37,561 nt of DNA from Actinomycetales bacterium (lineage in GTDB: Bacteria; Actinomycetota; Actinomycetes; Actinomycetales; CAVURS01). The translations under genes and the position numbers were made by a program. The stretch spans positions 62,001 to 99,561 of the forward strand of contig JBJMHS010000032.1 of assembly GCA_045807245.1 (NCBI GenBank), written 5' to 3'. The notes beneath the pieces are model-generated. The model was not told the origin of the DNA. It searched no databases and was given only the letters and a program-made list of their open reading frames with translations. How positions within the stretch are numbered: the first letter of the stretch is position 1; every line of letters begins with the position of its first letter. This document shows positions 16,924 to 28,824 of the stretch, piece by piece.

Positions 16924-18054
16924 ATGGCGGACCGTGATCCCGATTTCGTCCCCGGGCTCGAGGGCGTCGTCGCCTTCGAGACCGAGATCGCCGAACCGGA
17001 CCGTGCGGGTGGGGCACTGCGGTACCGCGGCGTGGACATCACCGAGCTCGTGGGCAAGGTCTCGTTCGGCAACGTGTGGGGGCTGCTGGTCGACAACGCG
17101 TTCGAGCCCGGGCTGCCCCCCGCCGAGCCGTTCCCGCTCCCGGTGCACAGCGGCGACGTGCGGGTCGACGTGCAGAGCGCCCTGGCCCAGCTCGCGCCAC
17201 TGTGGGGGTTCCGGCCACTCCTCGACATCAGCGCGGAGCAGGCCCGCGACGACCTCGCGCGCGCATCCGTCATGGCGCTGAGCTTCGTGGCCCAGTCGGC
17301 CCGCGGGCAGAGCCAGCCGATGGTGCCCCAGCGCCTGGTCGACAACGCGAAGACGATCACCGAACGGTTCATGATCCGCTGGCGCGGCGAGCCGGACCCG
17401 CGGCACGTCGAGGCCGTCGACGCGTACTGGACCTCGGCCGCCGAGCACGGCCTGAACGCCTCCACGTTCACGGCCCGGGTGATCGCCTCCACGGGCGCGG
17501 ACGTTGCGGCCTGCTTGTCCGGCGCGGTCGGCGCGATGAGCGGTCCGCTGCACGGAGGCGCGCCGTCACGCGTGCTGCACATGATGGAGGGCGTCGAGCA
17601 GCTCGGCGACGCCACGGCGTACGTCAAGGGCGTCCTCGACCGGGGCGAGCGGCTGATGGGCTTCGGCCACCGCGTCTACCGGGCCGAGGACCCGCGCGCG
17701 CGGGTGCTGCGCGCGACCGCAGAGCGGCTGGCGGCGCCGCGCTACGAGGTGGCGGTGGCGCTGGAGAAGGCCGCGCTGGACGAGCTGCACGCTCGCCGGC
17801 CGGACCGGGTGCTCGCGACGAACGTCGAGTTCTGGGCCGCGGTGATGCTCGACTTCGCGCAGGTGCCGCCGTCGATGTTCACGCCGATGTTCACCTGCGC
17901 GCGCACTGCCGGGTGGGCCGCGCACATCCTCGAGCAGAAGTCGACCGAGCGCCTGGTGCGGCCGGCGGCGCGGTACGTCGGGCCGCCTCCGCGCTCGCCG
18001 CATGAGGTGTCCGGATGGACCGAGGCCATCCACGAGAGCGCACCGACCGCCTGA
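16924..18054 (+). CDS. citA: Citrate synthase 2
   Basis: FVPGLEGVVAFETEIAEPD, AAEHGLNASTFTARV, SGPLHGGA, RLMGFGHRVY, TNVEFWAA, RTAGWAAHILEQ; TACATT-N6-ATG leaderless start. Confidence 0.95.
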   Translation: MADRDPDFVPGLEGVVAFETEIAEPDRAGGALRYRGVDITELVGKVSFGNVWGLLVDNAFEPGLPPAEPFPLPVHSGDVRVDVQSALAQLAPLWGFRPLLDISAEQARDDLARASVMALSFVAQSARGQSQPMVPQRLVDNAKTITERFMIRWRGEPDPRHVEAVDAYWTSAAEHGLNASTFTARVIASTGADVAACLSGAVGAMSGPLHGGAPSRVLHMMEGVEQLGDATAYVKGVLDRGERLMGFGHRVYRAEDPRARVLRATAERLAAPRYEVAVALEKAALDELHARRPDRVLATNVEFWAAVMLDFAQVPPSMFTPMFTCARTAGWAAHILEQKSTERLVRPAARYVGPPPRSPHEVSGWTEAIHESAPTA

Positions 18055-20381
<2,327 letters not shown>

Positions 20382-21461
20382 CAACCAGCCCAGCGCCGAC
20401 CCACCGACCGGTGTCCGGGGCGGCCGCCGGCTGGGCCCCACCACCCGCCGTACCGCTCGGTGGGCTTGGTGGGCTGGGTGGGCTCGGTGCAGCCGGTACG
20501 TCGACCCGGATCAGCGCCTCACGCTCGCCCTCGGACCCGACGACGACGGCCCGGCCCCCATCGACGACGGCCATGGTCTCCCCCTGGTCCTGGGTCGGCC
20601 AGCTCAGGCGGGCCTGGGGGACGAGCGCCTTGCCGTCGTACGCCGGCGGCGCGTAGACGGTCGCGCCCTCGTAGTCGCGGACCACGAGCCGGCCGTCCGG
20701 GAGCGCGACCCCGTCCGTCGGCAGGCCCTGCGACACCGTGCCGACCAGCCGCGCCAGCGCGGGAGACTCGACCGAGTGCCCGGCGAGCGCCGTACGGACG
20801 GCGGCCGGCGGCACCTGGAGGACCTCACCGCCGAACAGCTCCTTGGTGACGATGAGCAGCCGCCCGTCGTGGGTCCAGATCAGGGTCTCTGCGTCGGCCG
20901 GGCCGTGCGGGTAGCGCACCCGCAGGTCGACCGGCGTCACGGTGGTGGAGCGAACGGAGTGGGGTTCGCGCACCAGGCGCAGCACGACCGACGTGCGGAC
21001 CGCCCGGTTGTCGCCGATGTCGCCGATCCAGAGCATCGCCCGGCCCGAGGCGTCGCGGCCGGAGCTCATCGCCTCGCAGTCACGGGCGTCGGTGCGCTCG
21101 CGCAGGACCGCGACCGTGCGCCCGGACGTCAGCGAGACCGCGAACGCCCGCGCGCTGTCTCCGGAGTCGTTGACCGTCCAGACGACTGTGGGGTCGGTCG
21201 GGCTGGCAGCCAGGCCGCTCGACTCGGTGATCCGCGAGTCCCGGACGGTGACCAGGGTCCTGGACTGGCTGGTGGCGGCTGCAGCTCCGGCGAACGGCGC
21301 CAAAGCCGGCAGCGCGGCGGCGGCCGTGGCCAGGACCACCCGAGCCGCGCGCCGCATCTGCTGATCATGCCCAGTCGCCGTCGCGCGACCCGTAACCCCC
21401 GCTCGGACGCCTCGTTTACCGGTCGTCGAGGCCATCTCCGGGGGCCGAGGAAAGGACAAGG

Positions 21462-22673
21462 ATGGACAGCCCGAGCTACTCGGATGCAACTCCTGAGTCG
21501 GGGGCGCTACGGACTGTCCATCTGCGCTGGCGCGGCGTTGCGGCGGCCTTGCCCGCGTTGGCGCTTCTCGGTGGGGGACTGGCTTTGGCTGGCAGCGGCG
21601 CCCCGGCGGGCCCGACGCGCGGAGCGGGTGCGTCGGTCACCAAAGGGGCGACGCTGCCGATAGTCCCGGACACACCGTTCGCCATGCCCGGTACGGCGGA
21701 CGGTGCACCCGGGCTGAACCTGCCACCGACCGGGCCCGGCGGCGCCGGCTCCCCGGTGCTGCTCGACGCCCAGGGCATCCCGGGCGTCGCGCTCGCGGCG
21801 TACCACCGCGCGGCCGGGGTCATCGGCAACGCCGACCCGGCCTGCCGCATCGACTGGGCCCTGATCGCGGCGGTCGGCCGGGTGGAGAGCGACCATGGCC
21901 GGTACGGCGGGAACGCGCTCGGCGTCGACGGCATCGACCGGCCCGGCGTGTACGGCGTGGCCCTGGACGGCACCGGCGGCACGGCGACGATCCCGGACAC
22001 CGACAACGGCGTGTATGACCACGACAAGGTGTGGGACCGCGCCGTCGGCCCGATGCAGTTCATCCCGGGCACCTGGCGCAGCGTCGGTGGGGACCTCGAC
22101 GGCGACGGCGCGAAGAACCCGCAGGACATCGACGACGCGGCGGCAGCGACGGCCATCTACCTGTGCGCCGGGCCGGGCAACCTGTCGGACCCGTCCGACG
22201 CGTACTCCGCGGTGCGCCGGTACAACAACTCGGACAGCTATGCCCGGACGGTGCTGGCGATCGCGGACGCCTATCGGCACGGCGTGACCATGTTGCCGCT
22301 GGGTGACCAGCCGGCCGCGTCCTCGTCCTCGAGGTCGACGTCGAGCTCGGGCCAGGCTGAGGCGAGGCGGTCGCCGGGCGCCGGGCCCGGCGCCGGGAAG
22401 GGGTCGGGTTCCGGGTCGGGGGCCACTGCCGGTGGGGGTTCCGGCGCGGGTGCCGGCATCGGCGGCGGGAGTGGCGCTGGGGGTGGGTCGGGTTCGAGTG
22501 CTCCGGACCCGGTCTCGTCGGTCGTCAACGGCGTGACGTCACATCTGCCGCCGGTGCCCACCCCGGTGTCGAGCGTGGTCTGCACCATCGTGAACGGCGT
22601 ACCCGTGCCGGTCCCGCCGCTGCCTCCGCTTCCCCTGCCGACCCCCACCTGCCCGGCGTCCCCCGCACCCTGA
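21462..22673 (+). CDS. Lytic transglycosylase (MltB/SLT_2-like), membrane-associated
   Basis: IDWALIAAVGRVESDHG (catalytic Glu), DRAVGPMQFIPGTW, NPQDIDDAA, RYNNSDSY; N-terminal hydrophobic segment; Gly/Ser- and Pro-rich tail. Confidence 0.9.
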   Translation: MDSPSYSDATPESGALRTVHLRWRGVAAALPALALLGGGLALAGSGAPAGPTRGAGASVTKGATLPIVPDTPFAMPGTADGAPGLNLPPTGPGGAGSPVLLDAQGIPGVALAAYHRAAGVIGNADPACRIDWALIAAVGRVESDHGRYGGNALGVDGIDRPGVYGVALDGTGGTATIPDTDNGVYDHDKVWDRAVGPMQFIPGTWRSVGGDLDGDGAKNPQDIDDAAAATAIYLCAGPGNLSDPSDAYSAVRRYNNSDSYARTVLAIADAYRHGVTMLPLGDQPAASSSSRSTSSSGQAEARRSPGAGPGAGKGSGSGSGATAGGGSGAGAGIGGGSGAGGGSGSSAPDPVSSVVNGVTSHLPPVPTPVSSVVCTIVNGVPVPVPPLPPLPLPTPTCPASPAP

Positions 22674-22811
22674 CCCCCCGCCGTACCCCCCGTCGTACCC
22701 CCCGACGGCCGCTTTGCCCTCCGAAAGCCGCCCGATGAGTGGTTTTGCCGGCTCGGCGGCGGCTTTGGAGGGGTAAACCGGCTTTCAAGGGGTACGACGA
22801 CGGGGCGGGGG
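22674..22811. repeat. Long imperfect palindrome with 12-bp tandem repeats between convergent genes
   Basis: Arms CGTCGTACCCC (22691-22701)/GGGGTACGACG (22789-22799) and 22713-22732/22758-22777; tandem CCCCCCGYCGTA x2.5 at 22674-22704. Confidence 0.7.
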
Positions 22812-22815
22812 ACGG

Positions 22816-22902
22816 TCAGTGCAGGACGGCGCCGGCGACGACCAGGACGACCAACAGGGCGAGAGCTCCCGGGATCACCCAACGGCGGACTCGCGGACTC
22901 AC
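22816..22902 (-). CDS. Putative 28-aa single-pass membrane peptide
   Basis: MSPRVRRWVIPGALALLVVLVVAGAVLH*; the GTG overlaps the MFS stop (GTGA); basic N-terminus plus a hydrophobic helix; mostly G/C third positions. Confidence 0.6.
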   Translation of the reverse strand: MSPRVRRWVIPGALALLVVLVVAGAVLH

Positions 22903-24176
22903 CGCTCCATCATGGTGCTCGCCGACGGCTGCAGGACGACGTGGGGCGCCGGGGCGAACCGAAGGCGCACCCGCAGCTGTCGGCTGTGGATGATCCAGGC
23001 GGCAGCCACGAGCGACGTCGCGATCGCCACCAGACCGCCGACCAGGATCGACCAGCGGGCGCCCAGCACGCCGCCGACCCAGCCGACGATGGGCGACCCG
23101 ATCGGCGTACCGCCCATGAAGATCGCCATGTACAGCGCCATCACGCGGCCACGCAGGGCCGGGTCGACGCTCATCTGTACCGAGGCGTTCGCGCTCGTCA
23201 TCATGGTCAGCGCCGACAGCCCGACCGGGACCAAGGAGATGGCGAACAGCGGGTACGACGGCATCTGGCTGGCCACGGTCGCGAACACTCCGAACGCGAA
23301 CGCGGCGCCGACGACGTACCGGAGCTGAGGCTTCTCGCGACGGGCCGACAGCAGGGCACCGGCCAGCGAGCCGATGGCCATGATCGAGCCGAGCAGGCCG
23401 TACTCCCCTGCGCCCTTGTGGAACACCGACGTGGCCACGAACGCCGTCGTCATCTGGAAGTTGAGGCCGAAGGTCCCGATCGCGAAGACGATGGCCATGA
23501 TCAGCACGAGGTCCGGGCGAGAGGCGACGTACCTCATCCCGTCCCGCAGCTGACCCTTCGCCCGGAGCGTGGGCGGCGTGATGCGCAGCTCACGAACTCG
23601 CATGCGGGACAACGAGATAAGTACGGCGCCGAAGCTGGCTCCGTTGATCAGGAATACGGGCCCGGTGCCGAACCAGGCGATGAGCAGACCGGCAATGCCG
23701 GGGCCGATGATCCGCCCGGCGTTGAAGGTCGCGCTGTTGAGGCCGACCGCGTTCGACAGGTGCTCGTGAGGCACCATCTCGCTCACGAAGGTCTGCCGGG
23801 CCGGGTTGTCCAGGGCCGTGACGCACCCGAGCGCGAGCGCGAAACCGAACACCATCCAGAGCTGGACCAGACCGGTCACGACCAGGAGCCCGAGGCCGGC
23901 CGCGAGCAGCCCCATCGCGAGCTGCGTGAACATGAGCAGGCGCCGCTTGGGCATGCGGTCGGCGACCAGGCCGCCGTACGGCGCGAGCAGGAGCATGGGC
24001 AGGAACTGGAGCCCGGTCGTGATGCCGACCGCCTCCGTCGAGTGGTGCGTCAGCACGGTCAGGACCAGCCAGTCCTGCGCTACCCGCTGCATCCACGTGC
24101 CGACGTTCGACACGATCGCGCCGGAGAGCCACAGGCGGTAGTTGCGCGAGTTCAAGGCCCGGAAGGTCGGGCTCAC
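22899..24176 (-). CDS. MFS transporter (MFS_3/transmembrane secretion effector-like)
   Basis: TFRALNSRNYRL, SNVGTWMQRVAQDWLV, GGLVADRMPKR, DNPARQTFVSEMV, NAVGLNS, RGRVMALY, GGTPIGSP; GTGA-coupled to MarR. Confidence 0.93.
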   Translation of the reverse strand: MSPTFRALNSRNYRLWLSGAIVSNVGTWMQRVAQDWLVLTVLTHHSTEAVGITTGLQFLPMLLLAPYGGLVADRMPKRRLLMFTQLAMGLLAAGLGLLVVTGLVQLWMVFGFALALGCVTALDNPARQTFVSEMVPHEHLSNAVGLNSATFNAGRIIGPGIAGLLIAWFGTGPVFLINGASFGAVLISLSRMRVRELRITPPTLRAKGQLRDGMRYVASRPDLVLIMAIVFAIGTFGLNFQMTTAFVATSVFHKGAGEYGLLGSIMAIGSLAGALLSARREKPQLRYVVGAAFAFGVFATVASQMPSYPLFAISLVPVGLSALTMMTSANASVQMSVDPALRGRVMALYMAIFMGGTPIGSPIVGWVGGVLGARWSILVGGLVAIATSLVAAAWIIHSRQLRVRLRFAPAPHVVLQPSASTMMER

Positions 24177-24601
24177 GACTCGGCCAGCCGCATCACGATC
24201 GTCGAGGCCTCCTTGAGGATGGCGCGCTCGTCAGGGGTCAGCTCGGCCAGGCGCCGGGCCAGCCAAGCTGTACGACGCCTGCGGGTCTCCTGGACGACGG
24301 CCTGGCCCTTGGCGGTGATCGACATGAGCACCTGGCGGCCGTCCAGGGGATGGTCGGTCCGGTCGACCAGACCGGCGTCGAACAGATAGGCGAGCGTGCG
24401 GGTCATCGACGGCGGCTGCACCCGCTCGATGTCGGCCAGCTCGCGCGGCGTCCGGGGTCCCCGGTTGGCCAGCGTGCCCAACACCGAGAACTGCCCGGTC
24501 GAGATGTCGTCCTCACTGAGCTGCTGGCGCAGGCGGCGAGCGAGCTTCATCACCGAGATGCGCAGGTCTACCGCCAGTGTGGAGCTGGCGACGGGAGGCA
24601 T
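24173..24601 (-). CDS. MarR family transcriptional regulator (Rv0880-like)
   Basis: LRISVMKLARRLR, GPRTPRELADIERVQPPSMTR, HPLDGRQV, RRRRTAWL; TACGCT-N6-ATG leaderless start at 24601. Confidence 0.92.
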   Translation of the reverse strand: MPPVASSTLAVDLRISVMKLARRLRQQLSEDDISTGQFSVLGTLANRGPRTPRELADIERVQPPSMTRTLAYLFDAGLVDRTDHPLDGRQVLMSITAKGQAVVQETRRRRTAWLARRLAELTPDERAILKEASTIVMRLAES

Positions 24602-24605
24602 GTCC

Positions 24606-24631
24606 TTAGCGTATCTCATTACTTAGGCTAA
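24606..24631. promoter_or_regulatory. Palindromic MarR operator candidate overlapping the -10 box
   Basis: TTAGCGTA-N10-TAGGCTAA (7/8 inverted match), AT-rich, directly upstream of the MarR start. Confidence 0.6.
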
Positions 24632-24691
24632 CGACATTGGGTCAGGGCGACATTCCCCCCGGATGACCGTGAAGCAGCCGGCGCTGCTTGC

Positions 24692-25489
24692 TCAGTCGGA
24701 GACCGCCAGGTGCAGGCGGCTGAACAGTCGCTCGAGCACCTTGGGGTCACCTGCCTCGGCGACCGCTTCGTGGCTCGGCCGGCCCCACAGGTGCAGGTCG
24801 AGGTCGCCGGGTGCACCGCGCAATGACGCGTCGACCACCAGGTGGGTGTCCAACGGGTCGACCTCGCGCACGAAGTGCCCGTCGTCCGGCAGCTCGACGA
24901 CGAAGGCGTGGTCGACGGCGTGCACCATGACCTCGCCCGCGGCCCCGTCGCGCGAGGCGGAATGGGCCAGGACGCCGGGGTGACCGGCGAACCAGGTCAG
25001 CACCTCGTCGACGCCGTCCGTGGCGAGCACCGCGTCGAGCGGGCCGACGTCCAGGCCGGCGGCCAGCTCGCCGTCCACGCGATGGACCAGCGCCTCCTGG
25101 GCCACCCGGCGGAACCAGAAGCCGGTCGACGTCTCGCCCGGGAACCAGGTCCAGGTCTGCGCGTCCGGCCCCATCCGTTCGAGGTCCGTGAACAGGCCGG
25201 CGAGCTCGGCGTCGTGATGGTCGAGCAGCGCGTCGTCCGACCGGCCGGCGGTCCCGTCGCCGGGCCGGGCGGCGGCACGCTCGTCCGCGCTCGCAGCCCG
25301 GCCGAGCTGCAGGACCAGCCGCTTGTGCGCGTAGACCTCGGCGCAGTGCGAGACCAGGTCGCGCAGGACCCACCCCGGACAGGTCGGGACGGGCGCGTCG
25401 AGGTCGGCCGTCCGGGCGACGCTGGACAGGCGGGCACCCTCCGTGCGCAGGTGGTCGAGGTAGGCCTCGGGACTCAGTCGGGTGCTCAT
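24692..25489 (-). CDS. Maleylpyruvate isomerase family mycothiol-dependent enzyme (DinB superfamily)
   Basis: APVPTCPGWVLRDLVSH, FWFRRVAQEALVHRVD, LATDGVDEVL, DLDLHLWGR. Confidence 0.88.
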   Translation of the reverse strand: MSTRLSPEAYLDHLRTEGARLSSVARTADLDAPVPTCPGWVLRDLVSHCAEVYAHKRLVLQLGRAASADERAAARPGDGTAGRSDDALLDHHDAELAGLFTDLERMGPDAQTWTWFPGETSTGFWFRRVAQEALVHRVDGELAAGLDVGPLDAVLATDGVDEVLTWFAGHPGVLAHSASRDGAAGEVMVHAVDHAFVVELPDDGHFVREVDPLDTHLVVDASLRGAPGDLDLHLWGRPSHEAVAEAGDPKVLERLFSRLHLAVSD

Positions 25490-25564
25490 CGCCTACGACC
25501 CTCGCACGGCCGGCCAGTGCGGCTGATGCCGGGCCGGTCAGCGTCCCGGCCCTACCCTGGGCCG

Positions 25565-25828
25565 GTGGACCCCGACCCGACCCAGCAGCAGTCGCAGGTG
25601 CAGCCGGGGCCACCCGAGCTCGAGCCGTTCCACGTCGACCTGCCGCGCCTGGTCATGATCGGTACGGCGGCCTGGCTGGTTGCGCTCGTCCTCACCGTCG
25701 CAATCCCGGCCCTGCACCGGGACGGGCGGGACTGGTGGCCGTGGGCGGCAGTGTCCGGTGTCCTGCTGGGGCTGGTCGGCCTGGCCTATATCCGCATCGG
25801 CCGCGGCAACATCGCGGACATGCACTAG
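25565..25828 (+). CDS. DUF2530 family small membrane protein
   Basis: Two TM helices (VMIGTAAWLVALV; WPWAAVSGVLLGLVGLAY) after PPELEP; TACCCT-N6-GTG leaderless start; conserved position near MarR and DUF3027. Confidence 0.82.
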   Translation: MDPDPTQQQSQVQPGPPELEPFHVDLPRLVMIGTAAWLVALVLTVAIPALHRDGRDWWPWAAVSGVLLGLVGLAYIRIGRGNIADMH

Positions 25829-25833
25829 CCGGC

Positions 25834-28824
25834 TCACGTCTCGAAGGCCACGTCCAGCACGACCTCCGGCGCGCGCTGGGGCTCGGCCAGGACGGCGGCC
25901 AGGGCCTGCCGCACGCCCCAGCGACCGGACGACCAGGCGAGAGCGCGGGCCAGCCCCGAGGCGTCGGCAGCATGGGCACGGCCCGTGTCGTCGACCCACC
26001 ACTCCACCGGGACGCCGTCAACCTCCAGCCGCTCGTGCCGGTGCCACTCCTCGGCCGACCCCGGCAGCACCTCTCGTGCGACGACCGGGACCGGCACCGC
26101 GACGCCTTCGCTCGTCACGACGCCGTCGGCCCGCTCGATGGCCAGGTCGACGTCCAGAAGGTCAGCCAGGGCATCAGCGCTGCCCGCCGGCGCAACGATG
26201 AAGGGGCCGATGTCGTTGCGCTGCAACCATTTCGGCTCGTCAACGATGCTAACCTCTGCGGCGTCGACGATCACCGGCGCGTCGCCGTTCCAGGCCCGGA
26301 CGCGGTCCGGAGGCTTGACGTCGCGACCAGGTCCGCCGCCACCACCGGAAGCCAGACCGGAGAGCCACGACCAGACGGCCAGCAGGCCCGACACTGCGAC
26401 CTCGCGGCCCGGCTCGGCCACGCGCTCGAGCAGCAGAGTCGCGGCACTGCCGGGCAGGTCGGTGACACCTCGGACGACACCCAGTGCGCGGCGTACGCCG
26501 TCGTCGAGACCCGCCACCCAGTCCGGTGCCGGGTCGAGGAGCGCCCGCACCACGGGGTCGGCGTCGGGGTCGTGCCGAGCATCCAGCGAGAGCTCGCGGC
26601 TCAGCCACCACGACGTGTACGACGGCGCATCGTGTCCGCGCCCGGCCAGGTCGCGCAGCCGCACAGGGTCGACCACGGCCGCCCGGGTGCGCGGCGACGC
26701 GGACAGCGCACCGACGGCCGCCGCCCAACGGTCCGGCCGCACGACGTCGAGGTCCCGTACGACGAGCAGCTCGCCGGCGACGACCGGCCCGTCGAGCCCG
26801 GCCGCCCGGACGACAGCGGCCGACCACTCGCCGAACCCGTCCAGGTCCGCGAGCCACTTGGGTGGGTCGGTGAGGTCCACCTCGTCCGCGGACACCACCG
26901 CCAGGCCGGACAGGACCCCGCAGGCCGCGAGCACGTCCGCGCCCCAGCGCTCGACCAGCTCGCTCGACACGACACCGATCTCGTCCGGGTCGAGGAAGCC
27001 CGCGGCCGGCGAGCCGGGCAGTGCGAGCGCAGAGGCCGGTGCGAGCTCGCCGTCGACGTCGGGCAGCGCGAGGTCGCCGAGCCAGGCCAGCGAGCCGGCG
27101 GCCAGGTCGGGGCCACCCTCGCCGACGGCGGCGCGGAGCAGGCCGAGCACCGTGTCGGCGACAGCCTCTGGGTCCTCGGCCTCGGGCGAGGTCTCGACGA
27201 GCTCCCGGACGGCCGGGTCAGGCAGCACGTCGACCGCTGCGGCCGCGATGGCACCCAGCCGCGTCAGCAGGGCGTGAGCCGCATCCGGATGCACGATCCG
27301 CACGCCGGCCCGGGCCAGGTCCTCGAGCAGCTCGGCGTCCAGACCGGGCGGTGGGAGCAGCAGGCCGCGCGCGCTGCGCACGACCCGGCCGTCGGCGAGC
27401 GGGACGGGCAGGAGCCCGAGCGCCTCGCGTCCCTCCGGCGTCTCCGCAAGGGACGACAGCGCGGCATAGCGCTCCCGCCACCCCGCCGGGTTCTCGGCGT
27501 ACGGCAGAGCCTCCACCACCTCGGCCAGCCCGAGCTCCGGCACGCCGAGCCACCGCAGCGCCGCCCGCGCACCGGGCGACGCGTCCACCAGCCCGGCGAC
27601 GTACGGCGCGAGCGCACCGAGTGCCGCGGGATCCAGGCCGTCCACTGTCACGGCGTCGCGCGGCCGCACCGGCGACCCGTCCTCGGCCGCGCGCAGCACC
27701 GGGCTGACCCGCAGCCGCTCGAGCGTCGCCACCCGCAGCGCGCTGTCCAGCGCACCCGCGCCGAGGCCGACCGGCACGAGGTCGAGCATGTCCATACCCT
27801 CGGCGCTGCGCTCGGTGAGCAGCTCGGCGTACGTCGTGGCCGCTTCGTTGACGATCCGGTCCGTGAGCGGGCCTGGCGCGACGTGCCGCCGCGAGGGCTC
27901 GAGCGGGAACGACGCGATGAGCAGGGCCGGCCAGGTCAGGGGCTCGTCGGTGGGCGTCGGCGCATGCACCACCTGCGGGACTCTGGTCTCGGGCGAGCGG
28001 GGCAGCGCCCACTGCGCGCTCCACCAGGGCCGTTGGGCCTCCTCCACCGGCCGGCCGGCGTACAGCTCGGCCCGCTCCGCGTCGGCGAAGGTCCCGGCCC
28101 GCCCCACGCTGACCCAGCGGGCCGCCGCGTCCCGAAGCACCCGGGTCGTCCCGTCGAGCTCGATCTCCACCTCCGCGAGCCCGGGCAGGGCCAGCAGCAG
28201 CGCGTCGTCGACCGCCTGGAGCGACCGGCGGGTCAGGTCGGCCGCGGCGTCGTCCCGCATCGGCAGCAGGACGACGCTGGCAAACCCCTGCGGGGGCTCG
28301 CCCTCGGCTTCGAACGGCAGCCGCAGCACCGGCACGTGCCCGTCCCGCCGCCGTACCTCGTCGGTCAGCTCCGGGATTTCGGCCACCAGCTGCGCGGAGT
28401 CGGCGCGCGAGAAGCGCACGGCCCCGCTGCGGGAGAGCACCACCGGCTCGTCCGTGACGGCCAGGACCGCGGCGAACCCGACGCCGAACCGCCCCACCGA
28501 GCCGCCGCCGCGCTTGGCCGAGGCCCGCAGGGTGGCGAGCGCGTCGACCCCGGCCGGGTCCAGCGGTGCACCCGTGTTGGCGACGGCCAGCACCATGCCG
28601 TTGAGCGACAGGCTGAACCTGACCCGCCCTGGGACGCCGGCCACCGCGGCCGCATCGGCGGCGTTCTGGGCCAGCTCGACGACCAGTCGATCGCGGTAGC
28701 CACCGAGGCTGAAGTCCTCCTCGGCGTTCGCGTCCTCGCGCAGCCGTGCGGGCGAGGCGGTCCACGCGGCGAGGACGCGTTCGCGCACCGCCGCCGTACC
28801 GAACGGGTCCGGCCCGCCGCTCAC
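25834..28824 (-). CDS. Sacsin N-terminal-like (GHKL/HATPase) ATP-binding domain protein, ~996 aa
   Basis: DPFGTAAVRERVLAAW, REDANAEED, YRDRLVVELAQNAADA, ANTGAPL, LRASAK, GRFGVGFAAV, HAPTPTDE; GTGA-coupled to the DUF3027 gene. Confidence 0.88.
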   Translation of the reverse strand: MSGGPDPFGTAAVRERVLAAWTASPARLREDANAEEDFSLGGYRDRLVVELAQNAADAAAVAGVPGRVRFSLSLNGMVLAVANTGAPLDPAGVDALATLRASAKRGGGSVGRFGVGFAAVLAVTDEPVVLSRSGAVRFSRADSAQLVAEIPELTDEVRRRDGHVPVLRLPFEAEGEPPQGFASVVLLPMRDDAAADLTRRSLQAVDDALLLALPGLAEVEIELDGTTRVLRDAAARWVSVGRAGTFADAERAELYAGRPVEEAQRPWWSAQWALPRSPETRVPQVVHAPTPTDEPLTWPALLIASFPLEPSRRHVAPGPLTDRIVNEAATTYAELLTERSAEGMDMLDLVPVGLGAGALDSALRVATLERLRVSPVLRAAEDGSPVRPRDAVTVDGLDPAALGALAPYVAGLVDASPGARAALRWLGVPELGLAEVVEALPYAENPAGWRERYAALSSLAETPEGREALGLLPVPLADGRVVRSARGLLLPPPGLDAELLEDLARAGVRIVHPDAAHALLTRLGAIAAAAVDVLPDPAVRELVETSPEAEDPEAVADTVLGLLRAAVGEGGPDLAAGSLAWLGDLALPDVDGELAPASALALPGSPAAGFLDPDEIGVVSSELVERWGADVLAACGVLSGLAVVSADEVDLTDPPKWLADLDGFGEWSAAVVRAAGLDGPVVAGELLVVRDLDVVRPDRWAAAVGALSASPRTRAAVVDPVRLRDLAGRGHDAPSYTSWWLSRELSLDARHDPDADPVVRALLDPAPDWVAGLDDGVRRALGVVRGVTDLPGSAATLLLERVAEPGREVAVSGLLAVWSWLSGLASGGGGGPGRDVKPPDRVRAWNGDAPVIVDAAEVSIVDEPKWLQRNDIGPFIVAPAGSADALADLLDVDLAIERADGVVTSEGVAVPVPVVAREVLPGSAEEWHRHERLEVDGVPVEWWVDDTGRAHAADASGLARALAWSSGRWGVRQALAAVLAEPQRAPEVVLDVAFET

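Noticed and set aside
20462..20490. 9-bp tandem repeats; also the Gly/Ser-rich repeats at ~22320-22500
   Set aside because: They encode low-complexity PSP and GS linkers inside proteins.
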